From an uncultured Flavobacteriales bacterium (lineage in GTDB: Bacteria > Bacteroidota > Bacteroidia > Flavobacteriales_D > CAJJDF01), in NCBI GenBank assembly GCA_938009745.1, contig CALLII010000040.1, positions 5,733 through 69,732 on the forward strand: a DNA stretch of 64,000 bases, in the 5' to 3' direction. Numbering within the stretch: the stretch's first letter is position 1; the number at the start of each line of letters is the position of its first letter. Under the pieces are notes generated by a model. The model was not told the origin of the DNA. It was given only the letters and a program-made list of their open reading frames with translations, and did no database searches. Positions 27,025 to 35,247 of the stretch are shown one piece after another. The position numbers and the translations under genes were made by a program.

Positions 27025-27756
27025 TTAATTCGCATTGTTTTTAGCTGCAAGCTTAATTATCTTTTGAGGATATACTTCTCTTATAGCTTTTATTTTTGCC
27101 TTGTCTTCGTCTGTTTTTACTTCTGCTCTTATCTTTTCTAATGCGGCATAACTAATTCCAAACTTTTTCACTGCAAGCTCATCTCTCAACTCGTTTAATC
27201 CACTCATTATTTCATCTCTTACACCAAGATATTGACCGTATGATGTACCTTTGTCATATTGTATGGCAATTGTAGCTCCTGGGTTGATAGTTCTGTAGTC
27301 ACCAACTAATACTGTAGCGTTTAGTTTGCCTTGCCACTGAGATATTTGATCCTTTATAATCCCTTTTTGAACGAGATCTCTTGATAGAGCTAAGTCGTTT
27401 TGCAATCGAGCTATTTCATTTCTGCATTGAGCTTTGGTTACAGATACCATTACTGGCATGTTGTCCAAGTCATTAGGGTTAGACATGAAAGTTTTAACTA
27501 CTCCTTTTATGTCTTCTAATTTCTTATCCCACTCTTTTTCAATCATCAACTGATCCTTACTGTTTACCAAAATTTCAAGAATATTTCTCTCATTAGCTTT
27601 AATGGGTGGTACTTCTACATCCCTCTTTTGTGGTAATACAGCAGGCAATCCAGATTCTTTTTCTAGAGTAGTAGCAATGATGATAAAAGCCAATAGAATA
27701 AAGGCAATATCAGCAATGGAACTTGCATCAACTTCTTGTAATTTACGTCTTGCCAT
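27025..27756 (-). CDS. exbD: ExbD/TolR family protein (long form)
   Basis: 243 aa. The N-terminus (DASSIADIAFILLAFIIIATT) is typical of ExbD, and the periplasmic region is extended. Confidence 0.75.
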   Translation of the reverse strand: MARRKLQEVDASSIADIAFILLAFIIIATTLEKESGLPAVLPQKRDVEVPPIKANERNILEILVNSKDQLMIEKEWDKKLEDIKGVVKTFMSNPNDLDNMPVMVSVTKAQCRNEIARLQNDLALSRDLVQKGIIKDQISQWQGKLNATVLVGDYRTINPGATIAIQYDKGTSYGQYLGVRDEIMSGLNELRDELAVKKFGISYAALEKIRAEVKTDEDKAKIKAIREVYPQKIIKLAAKNNAN

Positions 27757-27778
27757 GTTAATTTAAAATTTAAAATTC

Positions 27779-28357
27779 TTATTTCGCGAATCCTCTTATT
27801 ATGCTGATTACTAAATCAACAATAAGAATAATTACTCCAGGAATAAGCACAAATAATAATCCACTTACCCAAAAGTTAGTAGTAGAAATCATGTTACTCG
27901 CTTCGTCTTGACCAAACTTTGTAATAAGAGAATCGTACCCTGTTGTGTCTCCACCAGAGTTAGAAAAAGCCCAGATAAATGCTAGGATAGATATTCCTAC
28001 AAAAATCAGTGAAGGAATTCCTTTTTTGAAGTTATTCATTAACGTATTTATTAACCCATACACAAGGAAGATAACCATGAGACCTCCTGCGATAATTAAA
28101 ATAATAGTCATGTAATTTACTCCTGTAAGGATGTGGCTGTCAATTTTCTTGACTTGAGCATCAAATGCTTTTTGACCTTCTTCCTTGTATGTAGCAACAC
28201 TTGCTTTTCCTTGGTCCATTAATTCAACTCCCATTTGTTTTGGGTCATATGAATCTGGTGCACCATTATTCACCATACCAGTGAAGAAAAAGAAAGTAAT
28301 TACGAACAAAATAGTAGACACTATAAATAGTGCTCTTGAAAGTGTTTTGTTTTCCAT
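27779..28357 (-). CDS. Hypothetical 4-TM membrane protein embedded in the exbB-exbD cluster
   Basis: 192 aa with four hydrophobic helices. No family recognised. Confidence 0.55.
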   Translation of the reverse strand: MENKTLSRALFIVSTILFVITFFFFTGMVNNGAPDSYDPKQMGVELMDQGKASVATYKEEGQKAFDAQVKKIDSHILTGVNYMTIILIIAGGLMVIFLVYGLINTLMNNFKKGIPSLIFVGISILAFIWAFSNSGGDTTGYDSLITKFGQDEASNMISTTNFWVSGLLFVLIPGVIILIVDLVISIIRGFAK

Positions 28358-28427
28358 GTTTAATATTTTTTGATTACAACTTGTTTAATTGGAAAGGTAA
28401 TTTCCAGCTTAGAAGTGTGTAATTGTA

Positions 28428-29225
28428 TTATTTATTTTTAATAACCATATCTACTAACGATATAGAAGCATCTTCCATATCATTAACAATTCCATCAATT
28501 TTTGATACGATATAATTATAAAATATTTGAAGTATAATTGCTGCTACAAGTCCTGCAAGTGTCGTGTTAAGTGCCACCTTCATTGCTCCTGCAATTTGTA
28601 CTGGCTCAGTTTGTCCAGTTTCTTCAATAATGTTAAATACCTCAATAATACCAATTACAGTTCCTAAGAAACCAAGCATTGGTGCAGTTGCGATAAATAA
28701 TGAAATCCAAGAAAGATTCTTTTCTAATAATCCAGCTTGAACACTTCCGTAGTTAATTACAGATTTTTCTACTGCTTCAATTCCTTCGTCAGCTCTATCT
28801 AAACCTTGGTAAAAGATACTTGCTACAGGTCCTCTTGTGTTTCTACAAACATCTTTAGCAGCATCAATACCTCCACTTTGCATTGCTTCTTCAATTTCGT
28901 TAAGTAGCTTGCTGTTGTTGGTAGTTGACATGTTTAAGTAAATGATTCTTTCGATACTTAGAGCAAGTCCCAGTAAGAATACTAAGAATACTAATGCCAT
29001 AAATTCTGGTCCTCCATCAATGAAGTACTGCTTTACTTTTTGAACAACTCCTGTAGATTTTTTTACTGGCGGAGCATCTTCTGCTGCCACTGGAGCTTCG
29101 GCTTTTACTTCATTTTCCATTTCGGCAACTGGCATTGAGTCATTATTTCCTTGAGCAAAACTCGAAGAGTTCATTCCAAATGCAAACATTGCGATAAGTG
29201 CGAATAGTGTTATTACTTTTTTCAT
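28428..29225 (-). CDS. exbB: MotA/TolQ/ExbB proton channel family protein
   Basis: 265 aa with a signal-like N-terminal extension and a conserved C-terminal channel region (ATAPMLGFLGTVIGIIEVF...ALNTTLAGLVAAI). Confidence 0.85.
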   Translation of the reverse strand: MKKVITLFALIAMFAFGMNSSSFAQGNNDSMPVAEMENEVKAEAPVAAEDAPPVKKSTGVVQKVKQYFIDGGPEFMALVFLVFLLGLALSIERIIYLNMSTTNNSKLLNEIEEAMQSGGIDAAKDVCRNTRGPVASIFYQGLDRADEGIEAVEKSVINYGSVQAGLLEKNLSWISLFIATAPMLGFLGTVIGIIEVFNIIEETGQTEPVQIAGAMKVALNTTLAGLVAAIILQIFYNYIVSKIDGIVNDMEDASISLVDMVIKNK

Positions 29226-29296
29226 GGTTATTTTTTTTGTCTTGTTATTAGTTTTATTGTTGTTTCGGTTTTAAAATCTTATCAAAATATCTTGTG

Positions 29297-29383
29297 CAGA
29301 GAGGAAGGGATTCGAACCCTCGATATAGTTACCCATATACACGCTTTCCAAGCGTGCGCCTTAAGCCACTCGGCCACCTCTCT
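29297..29383 (-). tRNA. tRNA-Ser (anticodon GGA), type II with long variable arm
   Basis: Folded by hand. The acceptor stem AGAGAGG/CCTCTCT is perfect. The D region is TGGCCGAGTGG. The anticodon stem is CACGC/GCGTG with loop TTGGAAA. The T arm is GAGGG-TTCGAAT-CCCTT and the discriminator is G. Length 87 nt, with no encoded CCA. Confidence 0.9.
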
Positions 29384-29622
29384 AAATCTTCCGGCAAAAA
29401 GTAGCAAGAAATAACTATTTCAAATTCGTCCTCCTTTCTAAAGACACGGCAAAATACGAAAAAAATTTTGCTAACAAAAGAAATTTGAATAAACGGTTCA
29501 TTTTTTAATTTTATCGGTTTAAGCTTAATGATTTCTTAACCTAAAAATAGAATTATTTGACAAAAGATGTTCTAATAAAGTCCTTTTGTTTTGTATTTTC
29601 GTGAAAGTTAAAAAACTAAGTG

Positions 29623-30693
29623 ATGAAAAATAATTATTGTATCCTGATGGCTGGTGGAATTGGAAGTAGATTTTGGCCAATGAGTACCGAAGAATTTCCA
29701 AAACAATTTCATGATGTATTAGGCATGGGGAAGACTCTTCTTCAAATGTCACTTGAAAGAATGCTTTTGGTTTGTCCTAAAGAAAATATATACATAGTTA
29801 CAAATGCTTCGTATAAAGGTTTGGTGGCTGAACAATTACCAGAAATTGGTGAGCACCAAATATTATTAGAACCTAGCAGAAAGAATACAGCTCCTTGTGT
29901 GGCTTATGCTAGTTATAAAATTAAAAAAATGAATCCAGATGCTACATTAATTGTAGCGCCTTCGGATCATATTGTGTTAAAAGAAAACGCTTTTAAAGAA
30001 ACTTTAGAAACAGCAATTGAGCAAGCAAATGGAGAAAATTGCCTTGTAACTCTTGGGATAAAGCCAAGTAGACCTGATACTGGATATGGTTATATCCAGT
30101 TTTTAGATAATGTGGAAGGAAGTAAAAATGAGGTACGTGATGTAAAAATGTTTACTGAAAAACCAGATTTAGATTTAGCTAAAGAATTTATTTCGAGTGG
30201 AGATTTTTATTGGAACGCAGGTATATTTGTTTGGACTGCTGATGCAATTATCGAGGCTTTTAAAAACCATTTGCCTTCTATTCACGAATTATTTGTGGAA
30301 GGAATGAATGTGTACAATACCGAAATTGAAGCTGAGTTTATTGAGCATACTTATGCTGAGTGTAAAAATATTTCCATTGATTACGGTATTATGGAGAAAG
30401 CCAAGAATGTATATGTTGTTTTATCTGATTTTGGATGGAGTGATTTAGGAACTTGGGGAGCACTTTATGGGCACATTGATAAAGATGCAGATAACAATGC
30501 TGTAATTGGAAATAAAGTGAATTTGTATGATTCTAAAGAGTGCATAGTTCGTTTGCCAAAAGACAAATTAGCTGTAATACAAGGTTTAGACGACTACATT
30601 GTTGTAGAAGAAAAAGGTGTCTTGCTCATCTGTAAGAAAACAGAAGAACAAAGAATAAAGCAATTTGTATCAGATATTAAAATGAAGAGATAA
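29623..30693 (+). CDS. Mannose-1-phosphate guanylyltransferase (nucleotidyl transferase family)
   Basis: The N-terminal motif is typical of ManC/GMP (ILMAGGIGSRFWPMS). The protein is about 356 aa and has no C-terminal PMI/cupin domain. The ORF track starts one codon earlier, at the GTG at 29620. Confidence 0.8.
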   Translation: MKNNYCILMAGGIGSRFWPMSTEEFPKQFHDVLGMGKTLLQMSLERMLLVCPKENIYIVTNASYKGLVAEQLPEIGEHQILLEPSRKNTAPCVAYASYKIKKMNPDATLIVAPSDHIVLKENAFKETLETAIEQANGENCLVTLGIKPSRPDTGYGYIQFLDNVEGSKNEVRDVKMFTEKPDLDLAKEFISSGDFYWNAGIFVWTADAIIEAFKNHLPSIHELFVEGMNVYNTEIEAEFIEHTYAECKNISIDYGIMEKAKNVYVVLSDFGWSDLGTWGALYGHIDKDADNNAVIGNKVNLYDSKECIVRLPKDKLAVIQGLDDYIVVEEKGVLLICKKTEEQRIKQFVSDIKMKR

Positions 30694-30727
30694 AAAAAAA
30701 GAGCTAGTTTAAACTAGCTCTTTTTTT
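30692..30727. terminator. Bidirectional rho-independent terminator between convergent manC-like and ridA genes
   Basis: A9 run, then the palindrome GAGCTAGTTTAAACTAGCTC (30701-30720), then a T7 run. This gives a hairpin plus U-tract on either strand. Confidence 0.75.
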
Positions 30728-30730
30728 GAA

Positions 30731-31141
30731 TTATACCGTAGCAATACATTTTAGCTCAATACCAATTGGAGTTGGCAGGCAATTGATTTCGCAAGTAGTT
30801 CGGCAAGGTTGGTTGTCTTTAAAATACTCCGCATAAATTGCGTTATATATTTTAAAATCGTCTTTCATGTTAGTTAAGAAAACCTGTACATCAACCAATT
30901 TGTCCCAAGACGATCCACTAGCTTCTAAAATTAATTTCACATTTTTGAATACGGAATGACACTGAGCAGCAATGTCATACGACTTAATTGTTCCGTCTTC
31001 GTTTAGTTCTACTCCCGGAATTACTTTAGTTCCTCTTTCTCTTGGTCCAACCCCCGATAGGAATAATAAATCTCCCACTTTACGTGCGTGAGGGTACATT
31101 CCTACTGGTTCTGGTGCTTTTTCTGAGTTAATTTTGTCCAT
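30731..31141 (-). CDS. RidA/YjgF family reactive-intermediate deaminase
   Basis: 136 aa with a YjgF-like pattern (PEPVGMYPHARKVGDLLFLSGVGP...R.T.E...LP). Confidence 0.8.
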   Translation of the reverse strand: MDKINSEKAPEPVGMYPHARKVGDLLFLSGVGPRERGTKVIPGVELNEDGTIKSYDIAAQCHSVFKNVKLILEASGSSWDKLVDVQVFLTNMKDDFKIYNAIYAEYFKDNQPCRTTCEINCLPTPIGIELKCIATV

Positions 31142-31144
31142 AGT

Positions 31145-32770
31145 TTATTTACTTATAATTTTTATTTCTATTCGTCTGTTTATATCTCTTCCCCATTTTT
31201 GTTGGTTAGATGAGATAGGGTTTTTACTGCCGTATCCTTTATAATCGAGCCTATCAGTAGCAATTCCTTTTCTTATCAAAAAGCTATAAACCGATTGGGC
31301 TCTAAGCTGAGAAATCGTATCGTTTTTCTCTTTCATACCAGAGTTATCGGTAAAGCCTCCAATTTCAATTGTTACATTGGGATTTGAAGACAAAAATAAT
31401 ATTAAATTCATTAAATCTTTATTGTTTGAATCTGTTAACTCTGATTTTCCAGACTCAAAATTCAAGTTGGTCATTATATAAGAATCATTAATTTCAAATT
31501 CATCAAATTTTATGTTTTCTAGTTTCAATAAAACATCAATATAAGCAGATTCATTTACCAAAGTTCCAGTTCCGTAATCGCGTTTTTGGATTATTTTCAC
31601 TTCAATACGTCTGTTAGATGCTCGTCCCGATTTATATTTATTACTAAAAGCAGGGTAGGAGGACCCATATCCTTTGTATCTTAATTGAGAGGGAGAGATT
31701 CCTTCTTTAATTAAATAATCATACACATATTTAGCCCTCTTTTGAGAAAGCACTTTGTTTTTAGCTTCACTTCCTGAGCGATCAGTGTGACCTCCAATTT
31801 CAACAATTAAGTCAGGATCTTTTCTTAATGCATCTTCAAGATAGATTAAATCTTGGTTAGTAGCTGGAGATGAAAAAGTAGTTTGTCCTGAAGCAAACTG
31901 AATTTCATACAGTATCAATCTATAATTTACTGGAATTGCCTCTGGAACTAATGATAAATGCTGAATTTCGAGATGTATTTTTGAGCTATCAATAACACTT
32001 GGCATTGGCGGACAAATTCTATTCCCTAATTCGTCTTCTAATTTAAATTCTGGGTAAGGAACAAAGTTTTCAATTTTATCTCTTATGCTTCGGTAACGAG
32101 AACTTTTGTTAGCTCCATCTGTAGCAATATCCCAATAGCTTGTAGCTTCTAGGTTAGTATAACCACAAAATTGCTTTAATAAAATAGCAGAAATATATCC
32201 TGATGCATGCCATCCGTTCCAACAATGGAGGTAAATTGGTCCAATAGAATCATATTTGGCACTTTCATAGGCCATTTTTACCATTTGGTAAATGTGATTG
32301 GAATCAAAATAATCTAATTGAACATAGTTAAGATTGTTGGTAGATCCATTGGTGCAATTACACCCTTGATTATCAATAATGGAATCTGCATTTTTTTGAT
32401 ATAAATAAACAGAAGTAGAAAAACCTTCTTGGCATAAATTTAATACTCCATCATTTGGTAATGGATTTTGGTTTTTTCGTTTGGCTGATTTATGGTAATA
32501 ATTATTTCCTCCACCTCGGTATGCAACTCCATGAAGTATTGGTCGCATGTTTCGTGTTCCATACAAATCCTCAAAGTTGTTTCCGTAGTTGTCGGTTATT
32601 TTATAAAGTAAATCAGTTTCATTGTACCTGGCTTTATAAAACTCGGGCGATAGAGTATCAGTTAGTTTATAAACCTCATCCTTGTTGTATTTTGATATAA
32701 CAGTATCGTTAATTTGACTAAAGCCAAAGGCGATTGTTGTACAAAACAGAATTGATAAGAAGATTTTCAT
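31145..32770 (-). CDS. Periplasmic/outer-membrane protein: PTP-like N-terminal domain (CX5A) plus two OmpA_C peptidoglycan-binding domains
   Basis: 541 aa with a signal peptide. There are two OmpA_C modules (GGHTDRSGSEAKNKVLSQKRAKYVYDYL...NRRIEVKI and GGFTDNSGMKEKNDTISQLRAQSVYSFL...NRRIEIKI). The N-terminal ~250 aa carries IYLHCWNGWHASGYISAILL, which resembles a tyrosine/dual-specificity phosphatase P-loop. Confidence 0.7.
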   Translation of the reverse strand: MKIFLSILFCTTIAFGFSQINDTVISKYNKDEVYKLTDTLSPEFYKARYNETDLLYKITDNYGNNFEDLYGTRNMRPILHGVAYRGGGNNYYHKSAKRKNQNPLPNDGVLNLCQEGFSTSVYLYQKNADSIIDNQGCNCTNGSTNNLNYVQLDYFDSNHIYQMVKMAYESAKYDSIGPIYLHCWNGWHASGYISAILLKQFCGYTNLEATSYWDIATDGANKSSRYRSIRDKIENFVPYPEFKLEDELGNRICPPMPSVIDSSKIHLEIQHLSLVPEAIPVNYRLILYEIQFASGQTTFSSPATNQDLIYLEDALRKDPDLIVEIGGHTDRSGSEAKNKVLSQKRAKYVYDYLIKEGISPSQLRYKGYGSSYPAFSNKYKSGRASNRRIEVKIIQKRDYGTGTLVNESAYIDVLLKLENIKFDEFEINDSYIMTNLNFESGKSELTDSNNKDLMNLILFLSSNPNVTIEIGGFTDNSGMKEKNDTISQLRAQSVYSFLIRKGIATDRLDYKGYGSKNPISSNQQKWGRDINRRIEIKIISK

Positions 32771-32830
32771 AAAATAGGTTTCGTTTTTTAAACCATTTAA
32801 AGGTAAAGTTTATTGTTCACTAGAGCCAAA

Positions 32831-33442
32831 TTACTCAAACGCTTTTCTTACATCTTTATATATATCAGCAATAAAAAGTCCTACTCCAATAGTATAAGTT
32901 GGCGAAATAAAAGTTTGATTAAGGGTGTTATTTCCTGCCAAAATCATACGTATTCCTAATCCTCCACTAACGTTAAAGTATTTGAAAAAGCGATATGTAA
33001 CTTTCATAGAGGGTTCATAAAGAAGAACAAAAGAACTTTTGCTTTTTTGCCCAAAGGAGTTTTCTAGGGCTGCTTCTCCAAATCCTAAATAGATGGGTAT
33101 GGTTACTTCGATATTGTTTTTTTCTAGAAAAGAATACTCAACAAATGGAGTAATATATCTTAGCTTTAGTTGATTAGTGTCATTATTTATTACTTCAGTA
33201 AAATCTGAAATCATCCAATTATATCCTATCGCTAGGGTGAATTGTTTGTTGTAGTTAACTCCCAGTGCAAAACCTCTTACTTGTGCTCGACTATTAGAAA
33301 TAAAGGAGTTACGGGTTGTTAGATTCCCATAGAAGGTAGGTTTGTGAGTTAAACTAACTCTAATAGAATCGAACATTTGGCTATTTCCCATAAAAGGGAG
33401 TGCAAACAATGCTATGTAGAGTAGTTTTTTGATGAAGTAAAT
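32831..33442 (-). CDS. Hypothetical outer-membrane beta-barrel protein, probable non-canonical (ATT/ATC) start
   Basis: Alternating beta-strand pattern with a C-terminal aromatic-rich strand. The ORF track starts at the TTG at 33409. The frame stays open upstream to an ATT at 33440-33442, which directly follows an in-frame TAA, and this extension adds a proper signal peptide (IYFIKKLLYIALFALPFMGNSQ). Confidence 0.5.
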   Translation of the reverse strand: MYFIKKLLYIALFALPFMGNSQMFDSIRVSLTHKPTFYGNLTTRNSFISNSRAQVRGFALGVNYNKQFTLAIGYNWMISDFTEVINNDTNQLKLRYITPFVEYSFLEKNNIEVTIPIYLGFGEAALENSFGQKSKSSFVLLYEPSMKVTYRFFKYFNVSGGLGIRMILAGNNTLNQTFISPTYTIGVGLFIADIYKDVRKAFE

Positions 33443-33517
33443 TTAATATAAAATCTTGTCTTGACGTTCTTAGATTCAAGGAACTAATTATTCTTTTATA
33501 TTGTTTTTTTATTCATT

Positions 33518-33594
33518 GTCATTCCTGCGAAGGCAGGAATCTTATTCATTGTGAATTATTCTCGAGTTTAGATTCCTGCCTTCGCAGGAATGAC
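33518..33594. repeat. Perfect 24-bp inverted repeat pair (REP/MITE-like hairpin element)
   Basis: GTCATTCCTGCGAAGGCAGGAATC (33518-33541) and its exact reverse complement (33571-33594) are separated by 29 nt. Each copy can itself form a hairpin (ATTCCTGC-GAAG-GCAGGAAT). TTATTCATTGT occurs as a direct repeat at 33510 and 33542. Confidence 0.85.
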
Positions 33595-33604
33595 AAACTC
33601 TTTA

Positions 33605-33955
33605 TTACAGAGAAAGCTCTGTATTTGGATCCCAAAAAACCTCTTTAAAGTTCAGGATTTTATCCTCTTTAATTTCTAACCCTTCCTTTTCTAATGCTTC
33701 TTGCATCATTGTTGGAGTAGGGAAGTGGTGCTTTCCAGTAAGCATTCCGTTTCGGTTTACAACTCTATGTGCAGGCACATATTTTTTTTGAGAATGAGAG
33801 GCATTCATTGCCCAACCCACCATTCGCGAAGATCGAGGTGTACTCAATGCTTTGGCAATTGCTCCATAATTTGTAGCTCTCCCTTTTGGGATGTGGCGTA
33901 CAATTTCGAAAACCGATTGAAAAAAGTCTTTATGTTTGTCTGGGATGGATGTCAT
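33605..33955 (-). CDS. Alkyltransferase-like (ATL) protein: MGMT DNA-binding domain with Cys-to-Ala active-site substitution
   Basis: 116 aa containing only the MGMT C-terminal domain (IPKGRATNYGAIAKAL...RMVGWAM). The PCHRV motif reads PAHRV. The start overlaps the sufS stop by 1 nt (TAATG). Confidence 0.75.
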   Translation of the reverse strand: MTSIPDKHKDFFQSVFEIVRHIPKGRATNYGAIAKALSTPRSSRMVGWAMNASHSQKKYVPAHRVVNRNGMLTGKHHFPTPTMMQEALEKEGLEIKEDKILNFKEVFWDPNTELSL

Positions 33956-35169
33956 TATCTTAGCATGTTTAAAGCCCTATTCAAAGCTTTAACCAAAACA
34001 TCCACTTCTTCAATGGTGTTGTAAAAACTAAAAGAAGCACGAGTTGTTCCTGGGATTTCGAAAAAATCCATAAGAGGTTGTGTGCAATGGTGACCTGTTC
34101 GCACAGCAACTCCCATTTTATCTACAATAGTTCCTAAATCAAATGGATGAACACCATCAACTATGAATGAAATAACACACGTTTTGCTTTCAGCTTCACC
34201 AATGATTTTTAGTCCTTCAATCTTGCTTAACTCTTGAGTAGCATAATTCAGTAGTTCTGTTTCTTGCTTTTCGATAAACTCAAAACCAATAGAATTTACA
34301 TAATCAATAGCAATTCCAAGTCCAATTCCTCCAGCAATGTTTGGTGTTCCTGCTTCAAATTTATGAGGCAATTCATTGTAGGTAGTTTTCTCAAAAGTAA
34401 CCGTTTTTATCATGTCACCTCCTCCTTGATAAGGTGGTAATGAGTTTAAAATATCTTCTTTCCCAAATAAGATTCCTGTACCAGTTGGCCCAAATAATTT
34501 ATGTCCTGAAAATACAAAGAAATCAGCATCCATTTCTTGTACGTCTAATTTACCGTGAGTTACCGCCTGTGCTCCATCAACTAAAACTAAAGCTCCGTTT
34601 GCACGAGCAATTTTAATTATTTCGTCAGTTGGATTAATCGTTCCCAATGAATTAGAAGTATGAGTAAACGCTACTAATTTGGTATTAGATGAAATCAATT
34701 TCTTGTATTCATCCATCAGTAATTCTCCTTTTTGGTTTATTGGAACTACTTTTAGTTTGGCTCCAGTTTCTTCGCAAAGCATTTGCCAAGGAACTATGTT
34801 GGAGTGATGTTCCATTGCCGTGATGATAATTTCATCATCAGCTGTAATAGAAGTTCGTAAGCTGCTAGAAATCATGTTAATTCCTCCAGTTGTACCAGAA
34901 GTAAAAATGATTTCATGCGAATGTTTTGCATTTAAAAATTGCTGAATTTTAACTCTTGCTTGCTCGTAAGCATCAGTTGCCAATTGGCTTAAAGTGTGAA
35001 CTCCTCTATGAATATTGCTATTCTCATTGTCGTAATAGTTACTGATAGCATCTATTACAAGTTGAGGTTTTTGAGTGGTAGCTCCGTTATCCAAATACAC
35101 CAGAGGTTTTCCGTTTACTTCTCGTGAAAGTATAGGGAAATCTTTTCGTATGTCTTGGATAGTTTTCAT
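33955..35169 (-). CDS. sufS: Cysteine desulfurase SufS (class V aminotransferase, group II)
   Basis: 404 aa with the PLP lysine motif (FSGHKLFGPTGTG) and the active-site region (RTGHHCTQPLM). Confidence 0.9.
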   Translation of the reverse strand: MKTIQDIRKDFPILSREVNGKPLVYLDNGATTQKPQLVIDAISNYYDNENSNIHRGVHTLSQLATDAYEQARVKIQQFLNAKHSHEIIFTSGTTGGINMISSSLRTSITADDEIIITAMEHHSNIVPWQMLCEETGAKLKVVPINQKGELLMDEYKKLISSNTKLVAFTHTSNSLGTINPTDEIIKIARANGALVLVDGAQAVTHGKLDVQEMDADFFVFSGHKLFGPTGTGILFGKEDILNSLPPYQGGGDMIKTVTFEKTTYNELPHKFEAGTPNIAGGIGLGIAIDYVNSIGFEFIEKQETELLNYATQELSKIEGLKIIGEAESKTCVISFIVDGVHPFDLGTIVDKMGVAVRTGHHCTQPLMDFFEIPGTTRASFSFYNTIEEVDVLVKALNRALNMLR

Positions 35170-35247
35170 TTTGAGCTATTAAAGTCGGACTTTGAGACAT
35201 TTTCATTTTCCGTTACACTTCAAATAAAAACCCTCAGCCCTCAGTTT

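Noticed and set aside
29226-29619. tRNA-Ser as a possible integration hotspot or genomic island border
   Set aside because: There is no integrase, no direct repeat of the tRNA 3' end, and no compositional break. The flanking genes (exbB cluster, manC-like) look like ordinary chromosome.
29525-29752. 75-aa minus-strand ORF overlapping the manC-like start
   Set aside because: It overlaps a well-supported plus-strand gene and has no signal or domain features. It is probably a chance ORF in AT-rich sequence.
35176-35247. Tandem CCCTCAG-CCCTCAG (CTGAGGG x2 on the coding strand) in the sufD-sufS spacer
   Set aside because: There are only two copies, no hairpin potential and no known motif. It is noted as a G-rich oddity in an AT-rich spacer but is insufficient for any call.
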